The notes beneath the pieces are model-generated. The model made no database searches and was not told the DNA's origin. It saw nothing but the letters and a program-made list of their open reading frames with translations. This document shows positions 1 through 13,010 of a stretch of 63,785 nt of DNA, in pieces. Numbering within the stretch: position 1 is the first letter of the stretch; each line of letters starts with the position of its first letter. Both the position numbers and the translations under genes were made by a program. The DNA is from Octopus bimaculoides. Lineage: Eukaryota. The DNA lies in assembly GCF_001194135.2 (NCBI RefSeq), contig NC_068982.1:175090501-175154285 (forward strand). The letters are read 5' to 3'.

Positions 1-408
1 AGGCGTATGGTAAGTAGCTTGCTTACGAACCACATGGTCCCGGGTTCAGTCCCACTGCGTGGCACCTTGGGAAAGTGTCTTCCACTATAGCCTCGGGCCG
101 ACCAAAGCCTTGTGACTGGATTTCGTAGACGGAAACTGAAAGAAGCCCGTCGCATATATGTATATGTATATATATATGCATGTGTGTGTGTATATGTTTG
201 TGTGTCTGTGTTTGTTCCCCCAACATCGCTTGACAACCGATGCTGGTGTGTTTACGTCCCCGTAACTTAGTGGTTCGGCAAAAGAGACCGATAGAATAAG
301 TACTAGGCTTCCAAAGAATAAGTCCTGGGGTCGATTTGCTCGACTAAAGGCGGTGCTCCAGCATGGCCACAGCCAAATGACTGAAGCAAGTAAAAGAGTA
401 AAAGAGTA
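1..408 (+). mobile_element. SINE family A (tRNA-derived head, CORE-like centre, internal TA/CA microsatellite, AAAAGAGT tail)
   Basis: Head GGTTCAGTCCCACTGCGTGGCACCTTGGG(C/A)AAGTGTCTT and 3' GCTCCAGCATGGCCACAG..TGACTGAA..GTAAAAGAGTAAAAGAGT; about 10 related copies in the window. Confidence 0.85.
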
Positions 409-658
409 TAAGCTACAAAATAAGGTTATAATATTTAAGCAAAAAATAAGTTAGGATTGCATAATATAAATATAAACATATTTAGGTATATGCACGCTAG
501 TAAATATGCAATTATACGTAAAGTGAACGAATGTATATATTTGTATATATGTATGTTATTATTCAGTTTATTTCAAGATTTCTTGCCAATAGTGAAAGAT
601 CCGGTTTCTAACCTACATCCAAGGCTCCTTCATTGGAGTTTCAACATCAACAACAGGG

Positions 659-720
659 TATGTATGTATGTATGTATGTATGTATGTATGTATGTATGTA
701 TGTATGTATGTATGTATGTA
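659..720. repeat. (ATGT)n microsatellite
   Basis: Direct inspection; similar tracts at about 6490-6549, 31683-31746, 53737-53770. Confidence 0.95.
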
Positions 721-1086
721 GAGATTTGTATGTTTTATGTATGTATTCTCATGCATATAATTGCATATCTAGATATATATTTAAATGATAAACTTCTGGA
801 AAGTTTTACAANNNNNNNNNNNNNNNNNNNNNNNNNNNNNNNNNNNNNNNNNNNNNNNNNNNNNNNNNNNNNNNNNNNNNNNNNNNNNNNNNNNNNNNNN
901 NNNNNNNNNNNNNNNNNNNNNNNNNNNNNNNNNNNNNNNNNNNNNNNNNNNNNNNNNNNNNNNNNNNNNNNNNNNNNNNNNNNNNNNNNNNNNNNNNNNN
1001 NNNNNNNNNNNNNNNNNNNNNNNNNNNNNNNNNNNNNNNNNNNNNNNNNNNNNNNNNNNNNNNNNNNNNNNNNNNNNNNNNNNNNN

Positions 1087-1140
<54 letters not shown>

Positions 1141-1161
1141 CACACACGCACACGCACACAC

Positions 1162-1192
<31 letters not shown>

Positions 1193-1694
1193 AGCACACA
1201 TCATACAGTCACGCATGCAGAAATGCATATACGTGTACATATATATGCATACACGCACACATATACACACACATACATATATGTATACTTATATATATGT
1301 GTGTGTGTGTGTGTGTGTGCGTGTGTATATATATATGTGTGCGTATAAATATGTATAAATACACACACATACATATGCACTGACAAACATGATGCTAGTC
1401 TCTCGTAATCTGAGAAAGACGGTTCTACACTTTCTTGCTGAGTAAACTGTACAAATGATTTGTTTATAGAGACCAAATCTTTATCCTGTACATTAGCTTA
1501 CTCCCTCTATCAGACCGACGTTTCCTGGCCTGGTGCCCTGTGTACTAGACGTCAGGTGTCGAAGTGATTGCAAGCGCAACGTGGGATGTAGTGTTTTGCT
1601 CAAGAACACAGCACACCACCAGGTTCATGAATTGAAACCACGTTCTCGCGATCGTGAGTGCAATACTCCTCACCACTAAGCCATGCACCATCAC

Positions 1695-1748
<54 letters not shown>

Positions 1749-1959
1749 CTTTTTGGTAAGTGATAAAGGAGGATAAGGGAAAATGATATTACAGTCTGTG
1801 CACAATAATATGAGACTCAATAGTATTGCTTAAATGGATGGACTAAATCAATTTTCACGCAATTGTACCACCTAAAAGAATGCGAAACATAACACAATGT
1901 AAAAACAATTGTACAGCTTACTACACTGATAGCTCATACTAGTAAAATCGTACTTAAGA

Positions 1960-3133
1960 TTATTACTGACAGAATTAAAGTGAAATGCGAAATGAAAATA
2001 ACAAAGTTGGTTTTAGAACTGGAAAAAGGACCGGGAAAGCTTTTCTTAATCTTAAAACGAATATTCAGAAAACTAGAGAGTGTCATAAAAAATATTTATT
2101 GCTTTTATTGACAATCAACAAGCTTTTGACAAGTTATTCATGATAAGTTATGGTCAGTGACGCTAGAATTGGGATTTCTTCAGCATTTTATTGAAATATT
2201 AAAATCATTTTATCTTCAGCAAATATAACCATCAAAATAGATGTTTCACAGGGTTGTTTGAAACAGTGTATCGGACACGGCGAAGATAATACCCATTCCT
2301 ATTCTTTGTGTAACATCCATGCAGAAAGTATAAAGCGGGAATAACATGATGGTTTTAATGGTACAATCGACATTGAAGGTAGAATGGTCACTAGTCTCGA
2401 ATATGCCGAACCAGACTATCATTATTGCTGGTAGCGTAGAAGAATTGAGGATTTGGATATAGAAAATGAAAGAAAAAAGAGAATATATTTTATCTATTGA
2501 TTTTTGACGAAATTGAATTATTACTATCTCAGGAACATATTATCAAGATAATCCAATAGTATTTGATAAGCATGCTGTCAAAGTGATGATTGAGTTTTGC
2601 TGGCCTGAAAGTTTTATTTCATATCAATGTGGCGACAGAAAAGAATAAAAGGATGAATTGCAACGGCAAAGTCTTCTATTATCTCTTTAAACCACTTCCG
2701 ATAAAAAAAAAATCCATTATGAGTAGAAAGACTAAATAGCTGCACACTTTGAATGCTGAATTCATTTAAAGAATTGCCAAGAAAAGTAAAGAGTTTCTAA
2801 GTTCGATGAGATAGACGAATACTGTATGGAAACATTTCCTTTTGGGCCAACACATCAGTAAGTATTGGACCAAGACGGAATTGAATGAAATCTTCTAAAA
2901 TAACTAAGTAGGCGAAAAGTTAGATATTTAAGGGCTAATTGTCTACAAATTTTTTTGATCACTGAAAAAAACTCCGGAGAAAGATAAAGAAAGTTCAAAA
3001 GAACGTGATGATATCACACTAGAGAGATAGCAGAATTGAAGATGCAATATCTAATTGTGGCATCAGAAGATAGATGAATAGAAAAGAGTAAAAGAACTGT
3101 GAAACGAGTCACAAACAAAGGCGATGGGTATGC
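1960..3133 (+). mobile_element. Decayed RTE-clade LINE reverse transcriptase fragment
   Basis: Frameshifted remnants resembling FIDxxKAFDKVxHDKLW (about 2100-2155), GVxQGC (2241-2260) and a degenerate IEGRMVTSLEYA(DD) (about 2370-2410). Confidence 0.7.
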
Positions 3134-3193
3134 TATATATATATATATAATTAATACAATAATTTTTTGTTTATTTCTATGTGTCTTGACTAT

Positions 3194-3255
3194 ACTATAC
3201 TGACGAGTGAAGATTATATATTACTATAATGATCACGAAATCGGCGATCTATAGT
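3194..3255 (+). ncRNA. Type I hammerhead ribozyme
   Basis: Stem I ACTATA(3194-99)/TATAGT(3250-55); core CTGACGA 3200-06; stem II GTGA/TCAC plus ATTATA/TATAAT; GAAA 3237-40; stem III ATC/GAT with a 3-nt loop; AUC cleavage triplet ending at C3249. Confidence 0.85.
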
Positions 3256-4122
3256 TCAGTCTGTTTTTAAAAGGCTAGCTTCTTTGAAGGCTGCATTTCC
3301 TCGCATTCGGTAAAAATGTGTTTATTATGGTAGTTAATGTGAGGCATTCTTGTATAGTTATGCCCTCATATATATATATATANNNNNNNNNNNNNNNNNN
3401 NNNNNNNNNNNNNNNNNNNNNNNNNNNNNNNNNNNNNNNNNNNNNNNNNNNNNNNNNNNNNNNNNNNNNNNNNNNNNNNNNNNNNNNNNNNNNNNNNNNN
3501 NNNNNNNNNNNNNNNNNNNNNNNNNNNNNNNNNNNNNNNNNNNNNNNNNNNNNNNNNNNNNNNNNNNNNNNNNNNNNNNNNNNNNNNNNNNNNNNNNNNN
3601 NNNNNNNNNNNNNNNNNNNNNNNNNNNNNNNNNNNNNNNNNNNNNNNNNNNNNNNNNNNNNNNNNNNNNNNNNNNNNNNNNNNNNNNNNNNNNNNNNNNN
3701 NNNNNNNNNNNNNNNNNNNNNNNNNNNNNNNNNNNNNNNNNNNNNNNNNNNNNNNNNNNNNNNNNNNNNNNNNNNNNNNNNNNNNNNNNNNNNNNNNNNN
3801 NNNNNNNNNNNNNNNNNNNNNNNNNNNNNNNNNNNNNNNNNNNNNNNNNNNNNNNNNNNNNNNNNNNNNNNNNNNNNNNNNNNNNNNNNNNNNNNNNNNN
3901 NNNNNNNNNNNNNNNNNNNNNNNNNNNNNNNNNNNNNNNNNNNNNNNNNNNNNNNNNNNNNNNNNNNNNNNNNNNNNNNNNNNNNNNNNNNNNNNNNNNN
4001 NNNNNNNNNNNNNNNNNNNNNNNNNNNNNNNNNNNNNNNNNNNNNNNNNNNNNNNNNNNNNNNNNNNNNNNNNNNNNNNNNNNNNNNNNNNNNNNNNNNN
4101 NNNNNNNNNNNNNNNNNNNNNN

Positions 4123-4343
4123 AAGGGCTAATTGTCTACAAATTTTTTTGATCACTGAAAAAAACTCCGGAGAAAGATAAAGAAAGTTCAAAAGAACGTG
4201 ATGATATCACACTAGAGAGATAGCAGAATTGAAGATGCAATATCTAATTGTGGCATCAGAAGATAGATGAATAGAAAAGAGTAAAAGAACTGTGAAACGA
4301 GTCACAAACAAAGGCGATGGGTATGCTATATATATATATATAA
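4123..4343 (+). repeat. Exact copy of 2930-3150 on the far side of an N-gap
   Basis: About 220 bp identical by eye, beginning exactly at the gap edge. Confidence 0.9.
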
Positions 4344-4989
4344 GTAAAATTTGCTGTGTCTTAATGACCTAGTTGTGAGAAGAAGCTAGTAGAATAAACA
4401 GAACGGTAGATGCAATATACAATCATACTGACGTTCGGCATGTATGTTGAAGGTACCGACATTTCACTAGCAGGTTATAGGACAGTTTAAATATGATAAA
4501 AAGATGTGTCTTTGAGAGCAAGGTGAAACTATTAGTGGAAATGAATTAAAAAAGTCATGTTCGTCTTAAGAATGTTCTTTCGTTTCTTCATACTGGGTTG
4601 ACTGTATTTTCTTGTGTTGAAAAAGACTTGAGTATAACTTCATAAAGACGACGTAATGTGATGTTAAGCAGCATGCATAACATTTCCTTATAACCATACG
4701 ATGAGAGTTCGTACAGATAATATCAAGAGAAGAAGGATTGGTTTTAACACCAATCATCTATTTACAGAAAGTAAAAATATATACAATGAATTTGTCACAA
4801 CATAATAGTGTTAGGAAAAATTGCAGAACTTATAATAAAGAAAACCACATTTTAAAAGAATCTGTTGCGAGAATGACGACAGGAAAAACTTTCTTAGCTA
4901 GTTCCTGAAAAATACTCTAAAAGGGTTAAGAAATGCATGACATAAGGTCATGAAGGATGAACAATGCAAAATAGCATTGTCAGAATGAA

Positions 4990-5200
4990 TGACGAGGTTC
5001 CGTGGGGCAACCGAGCGTCAATGAATGATTTCCCCAAAATCAAGGTTTTTACAACTGCTGTAAACCCGATTCTAAGAACCTTTCTTTATGGTAAAGAAAC
5101 TTTTCACGAAGACTAGAATCGATGTATGGACAGCAAAATCGACCAATAAAAAAGCGTAATTCATTTATAACAAAAGACAGCAGACACGACTATGACGTCA
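4990..5200 (+). mobile_element. Decayed LINE 3' domain fragment (RTE-like)
   Basis: Remnant resembling KVFxxAVxPILLYGxET at about 5040-5100. Confidence 0.4.
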
Positions 5201-5727
5201 TGTTGCTGCTAAACTTTTATAACCGCTACACATTTAAAAGGTAAAAATCTCTTCAGGGCAAAAATTAACAAATTCCATTTCCATGCGTTTGTCAACGCAT
5301 GCTGCTATTTCAAGTGAGGAGAAACTTTCCATCCATTGGGATGGAAATGAATTTTTGTCAATGTTTGCCCTGAAGAGATTTTTACCATTTAAATGCATAA
5401 TGCAATCTTAATTGCAAAATATGAATGAAGGTAAGAAATTGAAACGTACGTAGGCGATATGAAATTGACTATTCTATAAATAAATAAATTTTTTTCCGCT
5501 CAAACTCTCCATTTCCCTTATATGATATTATTACAATTCTGTTCTATTCGAATGGATGAAGACATCTATAACGACTAGTGGAACTTCATAAGTGTTAACA
5601 ATAATACTAACACAAATTAATGAATTCCAAGTATTTTAATTGATATGGAGCTAAACCAGGGTACGCTTGGATAAAATACATCTCTGTGAAAGAGCAACTT
5701 CTTTCCATTCGAAACTTCATAAATTCT

Positions 5728-5780
<53 letters not shown>

Positions 5781-8394
5781 NNNNNNNNNNNNNNNNNNNN
5801 NNNNNNNNNNNNNNNNNNNNNNNNNNNNNNNNNNNNNNNNNNNNNNNNNNNNNNNNNNNNNNNNNNNNNNNNNNNNNNNNNNNNNNNNNNNNNNNNNNNN
5901 NNNNNNNNNNNNNNNNNNNNNNNNNNNNNNNNNNNNNNNNNNNNNNNNNNNNNNNNNNNNNNNNNNNNNNNNNNNNNNNNNNNNNNNNNNNNNNNNNNNN
6001 NNNNNNNNNNNNNNNNNNNNNNNNNNNNNNNNNNNNNNNNNNNNNNNNNNNNNNNNNNNNNNNNNNNNNNNNNNNNNNNNNNNNNNNNNNNNNNNNNNNN
6101 NNNNNNNNNNNNNNNNNNNNNNNNNNNNNNNNNNNNNNNNNNNNNNNNNNNNNNNNNNNNNNNNNNNNNNNNNNNNNNNNNNNNNNNNNNNNNNNNNNNN
6201 NNNNNNNNNNNNNNNNNNNNNNNNNNNNNNNNNNNNNNNNNNNNNNNNNNNNNNNNNNNNNNNNNNNNNNNNNNNNNNNNNNNNNNNNNNNNNNNNNNNN
6301 NNNNNNNNNNNNNNNNNNNNNNNNNNNNNNNNNNNNNNNNNNNNNNNNNNNNNNNTATATATATATGTTCCTATACATTTAATAATGTATGAAGCCGTTA
6401 AATTCGCTTTAAATATATTTCATAAGGTATGAAAAATTTCGCCACACAACAGCTACACGGTCACTCATTCAGTTCTACTGTATGTACTCGTGTATGTATG
6501 TATGCATGTATGTATGTATGTATGTATGTATGTATGTATGTATGTATGTATTCCTCAACATGTGCTGAGAAAGAAAAGCACACGGTAGTCTGCACCAATA
6601 ACAGAGGATTTTATTCCCCCGCTACTGGTCTGGAATGAAAGAAGAGCTCACACATTGCTATTTCTAACACACTGTAAAAGCCTGGATATTCTATGCACTT
6701 GAAATATATTCTTATGACATCAAGACATAAATATGTATTTGATGGATCGAACTGCAATAATGATTATACTAACGACGTTTTTGTAAACACCAATAATTCG
6801 ATATGTGGCGCCAATCTTATTTCCAAATAGGTTCTTTTTAGTCATACAACCTGCTAGATATAGTAGTCAAATCTCCCTCAAGCAACATCCTACTGCCATA
6901 AATAAGAACGATGTATTCAATAATGTGATTCTGGATACATTAAGTCTAAAACTAAATTAGATGTTCATGGCTGGTCATATCTTTGATAATAGATTAGCTT
7001 GATTAAGAAACTCCTAGAGTTAAACAGCAGCAGCAGCAGCAGCAGAGTAGTTTTTATCGCTAAATTAAATGAAGGGTAGCGCCCTTATCCCTTGTCATAG
7101 TCACTGAAACTGGTTGGAGGAAGAGAGGAAGCCATCTTCAGACCGGATACTCGGCCTCAATAAAGGCACCCAAAAAAGAAAGTAGAGGGATTGAATTAGG
7201 CCCTAGGGATCTAGGAGATGGTCCTGCAGTTAAATTTGATGTTTATCTGTAATATAAAAGGCACTTAAATGAAAAAGAAAAAAAATCCCTTTGAAACATC
7301 TTAATATCACTGATATGAAATGATAACGATATAAAAGCAACGGTGATGGTGAGTTATGTTATGTCACATATCGCCTTTAAGAATATCAATGCATTTCTCT
7401 TGATTCGTCTCTATATATCAATATCGAAGGCTAAGTTATGTGTGAACTGCACGTGAGTCAGTATGGTGACACCTGCAAGGATCGGTGGGTAGGTCAATCG
7501 ATGTCATGTCACCATGAAATAATACATAAAACACAATCACGAAATGAGAAAACAAAAAAACAACAAACAAACCCAAAAATCAAACAAAAAAACAAACAAA
7601 CAAAAGAAAAGAAAAAAATCCCCCAAAAAACAATCTGTTGGCAAAGGTTTGTCAGTTGATATCAAACTCGTACATGATATGATATATTAGAGAATCATTG
7701 GATCTTTGGTGTGTGTGTGTGTGTGTGGTGGGATGTCTGTGTATGTATGTACAATCGCATAAGTACGTACTTGTGTGTGTACGGGCGTATGCATGTTTTA
7801 TGCCTCTATGCGCGTGCGCTTGCGAAAGCAATAGACAAAGATGGACGGAACTAGCAAAGAAGAGGAATAATAAAACAGAGCTACGACGAGGGAGACATGA
7901 CAAAGGAAAGAAGAATAGAAACAGGAAGGGAGCTCAGAGTGATAATGTATTCTCATTGTTAGGACTGCAAAAACAAAATAAAATGTTTTTAACACATATT
8001 CTTACATCTCATTTCTTCCTCACATCTTGAGTTCCCTATTGGCTTTTCCCCCACTTTTTCCTCTCTCTCTCTCGATCTCACACTCTGTGTCCCTCTCTGT
8101 CCTTTCTTTCTTTCGCTCTCTCTCTCTCTCTGTGAGTGTATACGTGTATGTACATACATATAACCACGCACGCACGCGCACACATACACACACACACACT
8201 CATGCACATATATATATAAACATATACATATGCGTACACACGCACGCATGTATTTATACGACGGTTCTAACAAAAGTAATATTAAAGCGAGCAGAATTGT
8301 TTTAAATGACTTAGGTCGTTCAAATTACATAGGTTGGCAGAGTAAATCTTTCTCTATTAGAGAAAGAGTTACTCTACCAACATATGCAAGTATA

Positions 8395-8716
8395 TAACTG
8401 GACTTTGTCTCCGTCGCAAGCGATGCATTTGCGCCATCGTTGAATCTAACTCTCGAATCCTCTCTGTAAAAATTCGATCATGCATTGTTGTGCCCACTTC
8501 TTTAAAGTCACTTCCACGTCGTCCGTGTCATCAAATCTGTCTCTGAAGACTGCCCTTCATTGGATCGACGAGGCGGAAGTCGGAGGATGTCACATACGGT
8601 CTGTATGGTGGCTGGAGGACAACTGGGTTTTCACTTTGCTGATTGCTTCATTTATTTCCTGAGAGTGGATAGTTTTCAGATTCTTGTTTGGTCGCTTTCT
8701 CCCAGCGTCTTCTCTA
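8395..8716 (-). mobile_element. Mariner (Tc1/mariner) transposase C-terminal remnant
   Basis: Minus-strand translation gives RKRP, then VLQPPYRPYVTSSDFRLVDPMK (cf. HPPYSPDLAPSDFHLF), then FYRE/GIRELxQRWRKCIACDGDKV; stops and frameshifts present. Confidence 0.88.
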
Positions 8717-8774
8717 AGCATCTTTGAGCTAAATGCATACTCGATCAGAACTGACTAAGGTTACACAAGATCAG

Positions 8775-8805
<31 letters not shown>

Positions 8806-11689
8806 CATCGTATTGAGAAATGACTCTCATAATCTGGAATTCCTTTGATATTTAATACCGGAACGAGGGAAAAAGCCCATGACGTTTAAAGACTCTCAGA
8901 TCAATGGTATGATCAATGGTATGATCAATGACAAGTGAAGTTCAGCTTCATCTCCTATAGTTTGGTGCTTGTAACAAAGCCATTGGCAAAGATTGAATTC
9001 TAAGGATTCATATATTCCTTGCAAAAAATCTAAGTAAGATACAGTAAAGGTAATGAAAGCAAAGAATGAGGAACTAGTGTTTATAAGGTGTAGGTAGGGT
9101 GATACATCAACTAAAACTACATACAGCAAATTAATCGCCATCGTTTGAATTGTATAAGGATCTACACACTTTTTACATAAATATTCATTTATAAAAGTAT
9201 AACATCTTGTGTATATGCATGCATTTATAAACAGCTACACATACTTATACACACAAACACGTCCATATATAAACACACAAGGGTTATGGATTAGTGGGCT
9301 TGGGCAGAGGTGACATGCAGCTTAGTAGCTGAAAATGCAACTGTGATGGCAAAGGAACTAATCTACTTATTTTATCACTTTATCATAATGCTTTTCCTTT
9401 CATTTAAACAGTATGCATTTGATTTCATCTTTAAACTATGTAAACTAACGTCGAACCACCACTCTCATTGACCTGCACAACACAGTCTCATAGCATCGAG
9501 TCTCTACGCACTTCGCCATATTAGCTCTACTTATGATATCCTCTGTTTTTACTAATATTTACAATCCTTACATTATATAAACCTTCTCTTACTTAGAAAT
9601 CGTTCTATGCAAACACACCGATTATAATTTAATGCTGTTTCAATTGCGTTTCTCGAATTCTTCCCATATTACATGATATTAAGATTATAATATTGTTTTT
9701 ATCTTATGATATTATTATTTATTCTATCACTTTTCCTTATGCACACACACACACACACACACACATTGATTTTAAACCAATAATGCTGTTTTACGGGTGG
9801 TCGTGTCCGTTATCCAGTTTTAGATATAATTGAAATAGACTTTAAGGNNNNNNNNNNNNNNNNNNNNNNNNNNNNNNNNNNNNNNNNNNNNNNNNNNNNN
9901 NNNNNNNNNNNNNNNNNNNNNNNNNNNNNNNNNNNNNNNNNNNNNNNNNNNNNNNNNNNNNNNNNNNNNNNNNNNNNNNNNNNNNNNNNNNNNNNNNNNN
10001 NNNNNNNNNNNNNNNNNNNNNNNNNNNNNNNNNNNNNNNNNCACACACACACACACACACAAACACATTGCAATGTATGACCTTTGAGAATGTTTGGTCA
10101 CATATACATGTCCCCACCAGAAGCTTCCATTTCTTTTTCGAGTCTGAACATCAAAAGTCTACGTTCCAGAAACTGGTCATCCGCCCAGAACGACTAGAAC
10201 CACATGCAAGGCAGTCCGTTTCATTTCCTGTCAGACTAGAATCGTCCATGACCGAAAGAGAAACGACAAACTTGGAATTTGATGCATGCTGCATAACATC
10301 AGGTTACGTCGTCTTTCATTAACAGCCCGCTAAATTTAGTCGGAAAACAGCCAGTGCTGTCTGTCTGTCTGTTTGTTTGTCTCTCTGTTTGTTTGTCTGT
10401 CTGTCTGTTTCTCTCTCTCTCTCTCTCTAGGATTTTTTGCATATATGTATATGTATAATAGATAATAAAACGAATGGTTTACATCCGGTAGCTTACTGGT
10501 AAAGTACGGTCAGTTTCAGTGATCGTTATGTATATGGCAAATGAAAGATGGAATATACGAGAATTTATTATTAATCACGACAATTGTTTCGACACATCTA
10601 GCATCGATCCCTCATAGGTGAGACATTCAGTAATTGGTTCAGGAGCAACCGGCGTGGCAGATTTATCTCGTCGGGTGATAAATAAATACAACTCGTTAAA
10701 ATAACAGCTCTGCAATGTAACTTCCCGTTTTGTAGAAAGAAAAGCAGCCAGACGGAGGAAATATCTTCATTTATATAGAAGATCAAAAGTAAAATCACAG
10801 ATGACAAAAAGAGAAACGAGCGCGCAATTTGGCATATATATATATATANNNNNNNNNNNNNNNNNNNNNNNNNNNNNNNNNNNNNNNNNNNNNNNNNNNN
10901 NNNNNNNNNNNNNNNNNNNNNNNNNNNNNNNNNNNNNNNNNNNNNNNNNNNNNNNNNNNNNNNNNNNNNNNNNNNNNNNNNNNNNNNNNNNNNNNNNNNN
11001 NNNNNNNNNNNNNNNNNNNNNNNNNNNNNNNNNNNNNNNNNNNNNNNNNNNNNNNNNNNNNNNNNNNNNNNNNNNNNNNNNNNNNNNNNNNNNNNNNNNN
11101 NNNNNNNNNNNNNNNNNNNNNNNNNNNNNNNNNNNNNNNNNNNNNNNNNNNNNNNNNNNNNNNNNNNNNNNNNNNNNNNNNNNNNNNNNNNNNNNNNNNN
11201 NNNNNNNNNNNNNNNNNNNNNNNNNNNNNNNNNNNNNNNNNNNNNNNNNNNNNNNNNNNNNNNNNNNNNNNNNNNNNNNNNNNNNNNNNNNNNNNNNNNN
11301 NNNNNNNNNNNNNNNNNNNNNNNNNNNNNNNNNNNNNNNNNNNNNNNNNNNNNNNNNNNNNNNNNNNNNNNNNNNNNNNNNNNNNNNNNNNNNNNNNNNN
11401 NNNNNNNNNNNNNNNNNNNNNNNNNNNNNNNNNNNNNNNNNNNNNNNNNNNNNNNNNNNNNNNNNNNNNNNNNNNNNNNNNNNNNNNNNNNNNNNNNNNN
11501 NNNGGGGGGGGGGGGAATATATACGCCACAGAATCTGGGAAACCATCCTTATGAGCCTAAGGCCCGAGTAGGACTGTTGATCCTTTTCCACACAAACACA
11601 CACACGTGCACGAGCACACGCTCACACGCACATGCACACACATACACACATACGAGCACACACACATACACGCACACATTTATCATCAT

Positions 11690-13010
11690 AATCCGCAGAC
11701 GAAGCTATAACATCTTTCCTGTCTGCCAGCGTATGTCTTGACTTTGCTGCCTGACAAAGCTGTTCGTTTTGTGCATCCTGCTGCAGGATGTATAGCAGCC
11801 TTCTGAAGCACTTGTACTCAAATGCTTGGATTCTTTGCTCCATATCAGCTATAAGAATCCAGCTCTCACATCCATATAGAAAGATCGAAGTTACCAGGGT
11901 CTTTTACATTCTGAATCTTGTTGAAAAACTAATGGAATTCATTTCCCATATGTTGTTAAGCTTCGTCATGGCAGCAGAAGCTAAATTGAATCTTGTTGAT
12001 ATCTTCTTTTGAGATCTGTCGTCTTTGTTCAAAGTGGATCCTAGGTACTTGAAGGTGTCTGCTTCATCAAGTTCTCTCTCCATTTAGCATGATGTTGGCT
12101 TCTGTGTTTTGCTTGTTACTAATAATCAGGATCTTGCTCTTTTTCTGAGCTGATCTCCATCCTGTATGCTCCTGAAACTTTTTTTCAGTTTGGTACTAAG
12201 CTCCTATAGTTCTGTTTCACTACTTCTTAACAGGTCAATATCAACAGAAAAGTACAATTTGGAAATGGGCAGCCCTATAATAAAAATAGAAGGGTGTGTG
12301 ATTTCACGTGTCTCCTGCACAATGTTCTCCAGGAAGACGTTGAAAAGAAATGGAGAGAGGAGACATCCTCGTTGAACATCCACTGTTGTCCTGAAGAATT
12401 CTTCGATGCTGTTGTTTAGGAGATATGCATGAGTTTCCACACCGTGCTTGGATTACTTCCATGATGTTGTTCTCGAAGTTATAATTCTTCATCACCTGCC
12501 ACAACCCATCGTGTCACACACGGTCAAAGGCCTTTTTGAATTTGAAGAAGTTCTGATAGAATGTCAGATTGGTGTTCCAGACGTTTTGTAGCGAGCAGTC
12601 TAGTGTTAAATACCTGCTCCACAGTACTCCTTGGAGGCCCAAATCCTGTCTGTTTTTCTACGAAGATTTCTTATGTCTTCCCCTTAAGTCTGTTTAGTAT
12701 AACTTTTAGCAATACTTTGCTGGGGTTGCTAATTAGGCTGATTGTTCTATAATTCTGGTAGAGACTTCAGTTGCCTTTCTTGGGAATGGGTATCATCAGT
12801 GATTGGGTCCATTCCTTTGGCCACTACTTCGTCTCTCATATCTTCTGACAAGTAACTGTTTCTGCCTTGATAAGCTGTAGCCCTCCATGTTTTAGGAGCT
12901 CTGATGGTTTGTTATCCACTCCTGGGGGTTTCCTATCATTGAGCATGCGCACTGGTTCTTCGACTTCCTTCTGGGGAATTGGAGCATCCCAAGGTTTTCT
13001 GTTATTGTTG
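11690..13010 (-). mobile_element. Decayed RTE-clade LINE (RT and downstream domain)
   Basis: ORF pieces TTVDVQRGCLLSPFLFNVFLE, PISKLYFSVDIDLL (cf. ISNLRFADDIDL), PISLISNPSKVLLKVILNRL, EQRIQAFEYKCFRRLL. Confidence 0.9.
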
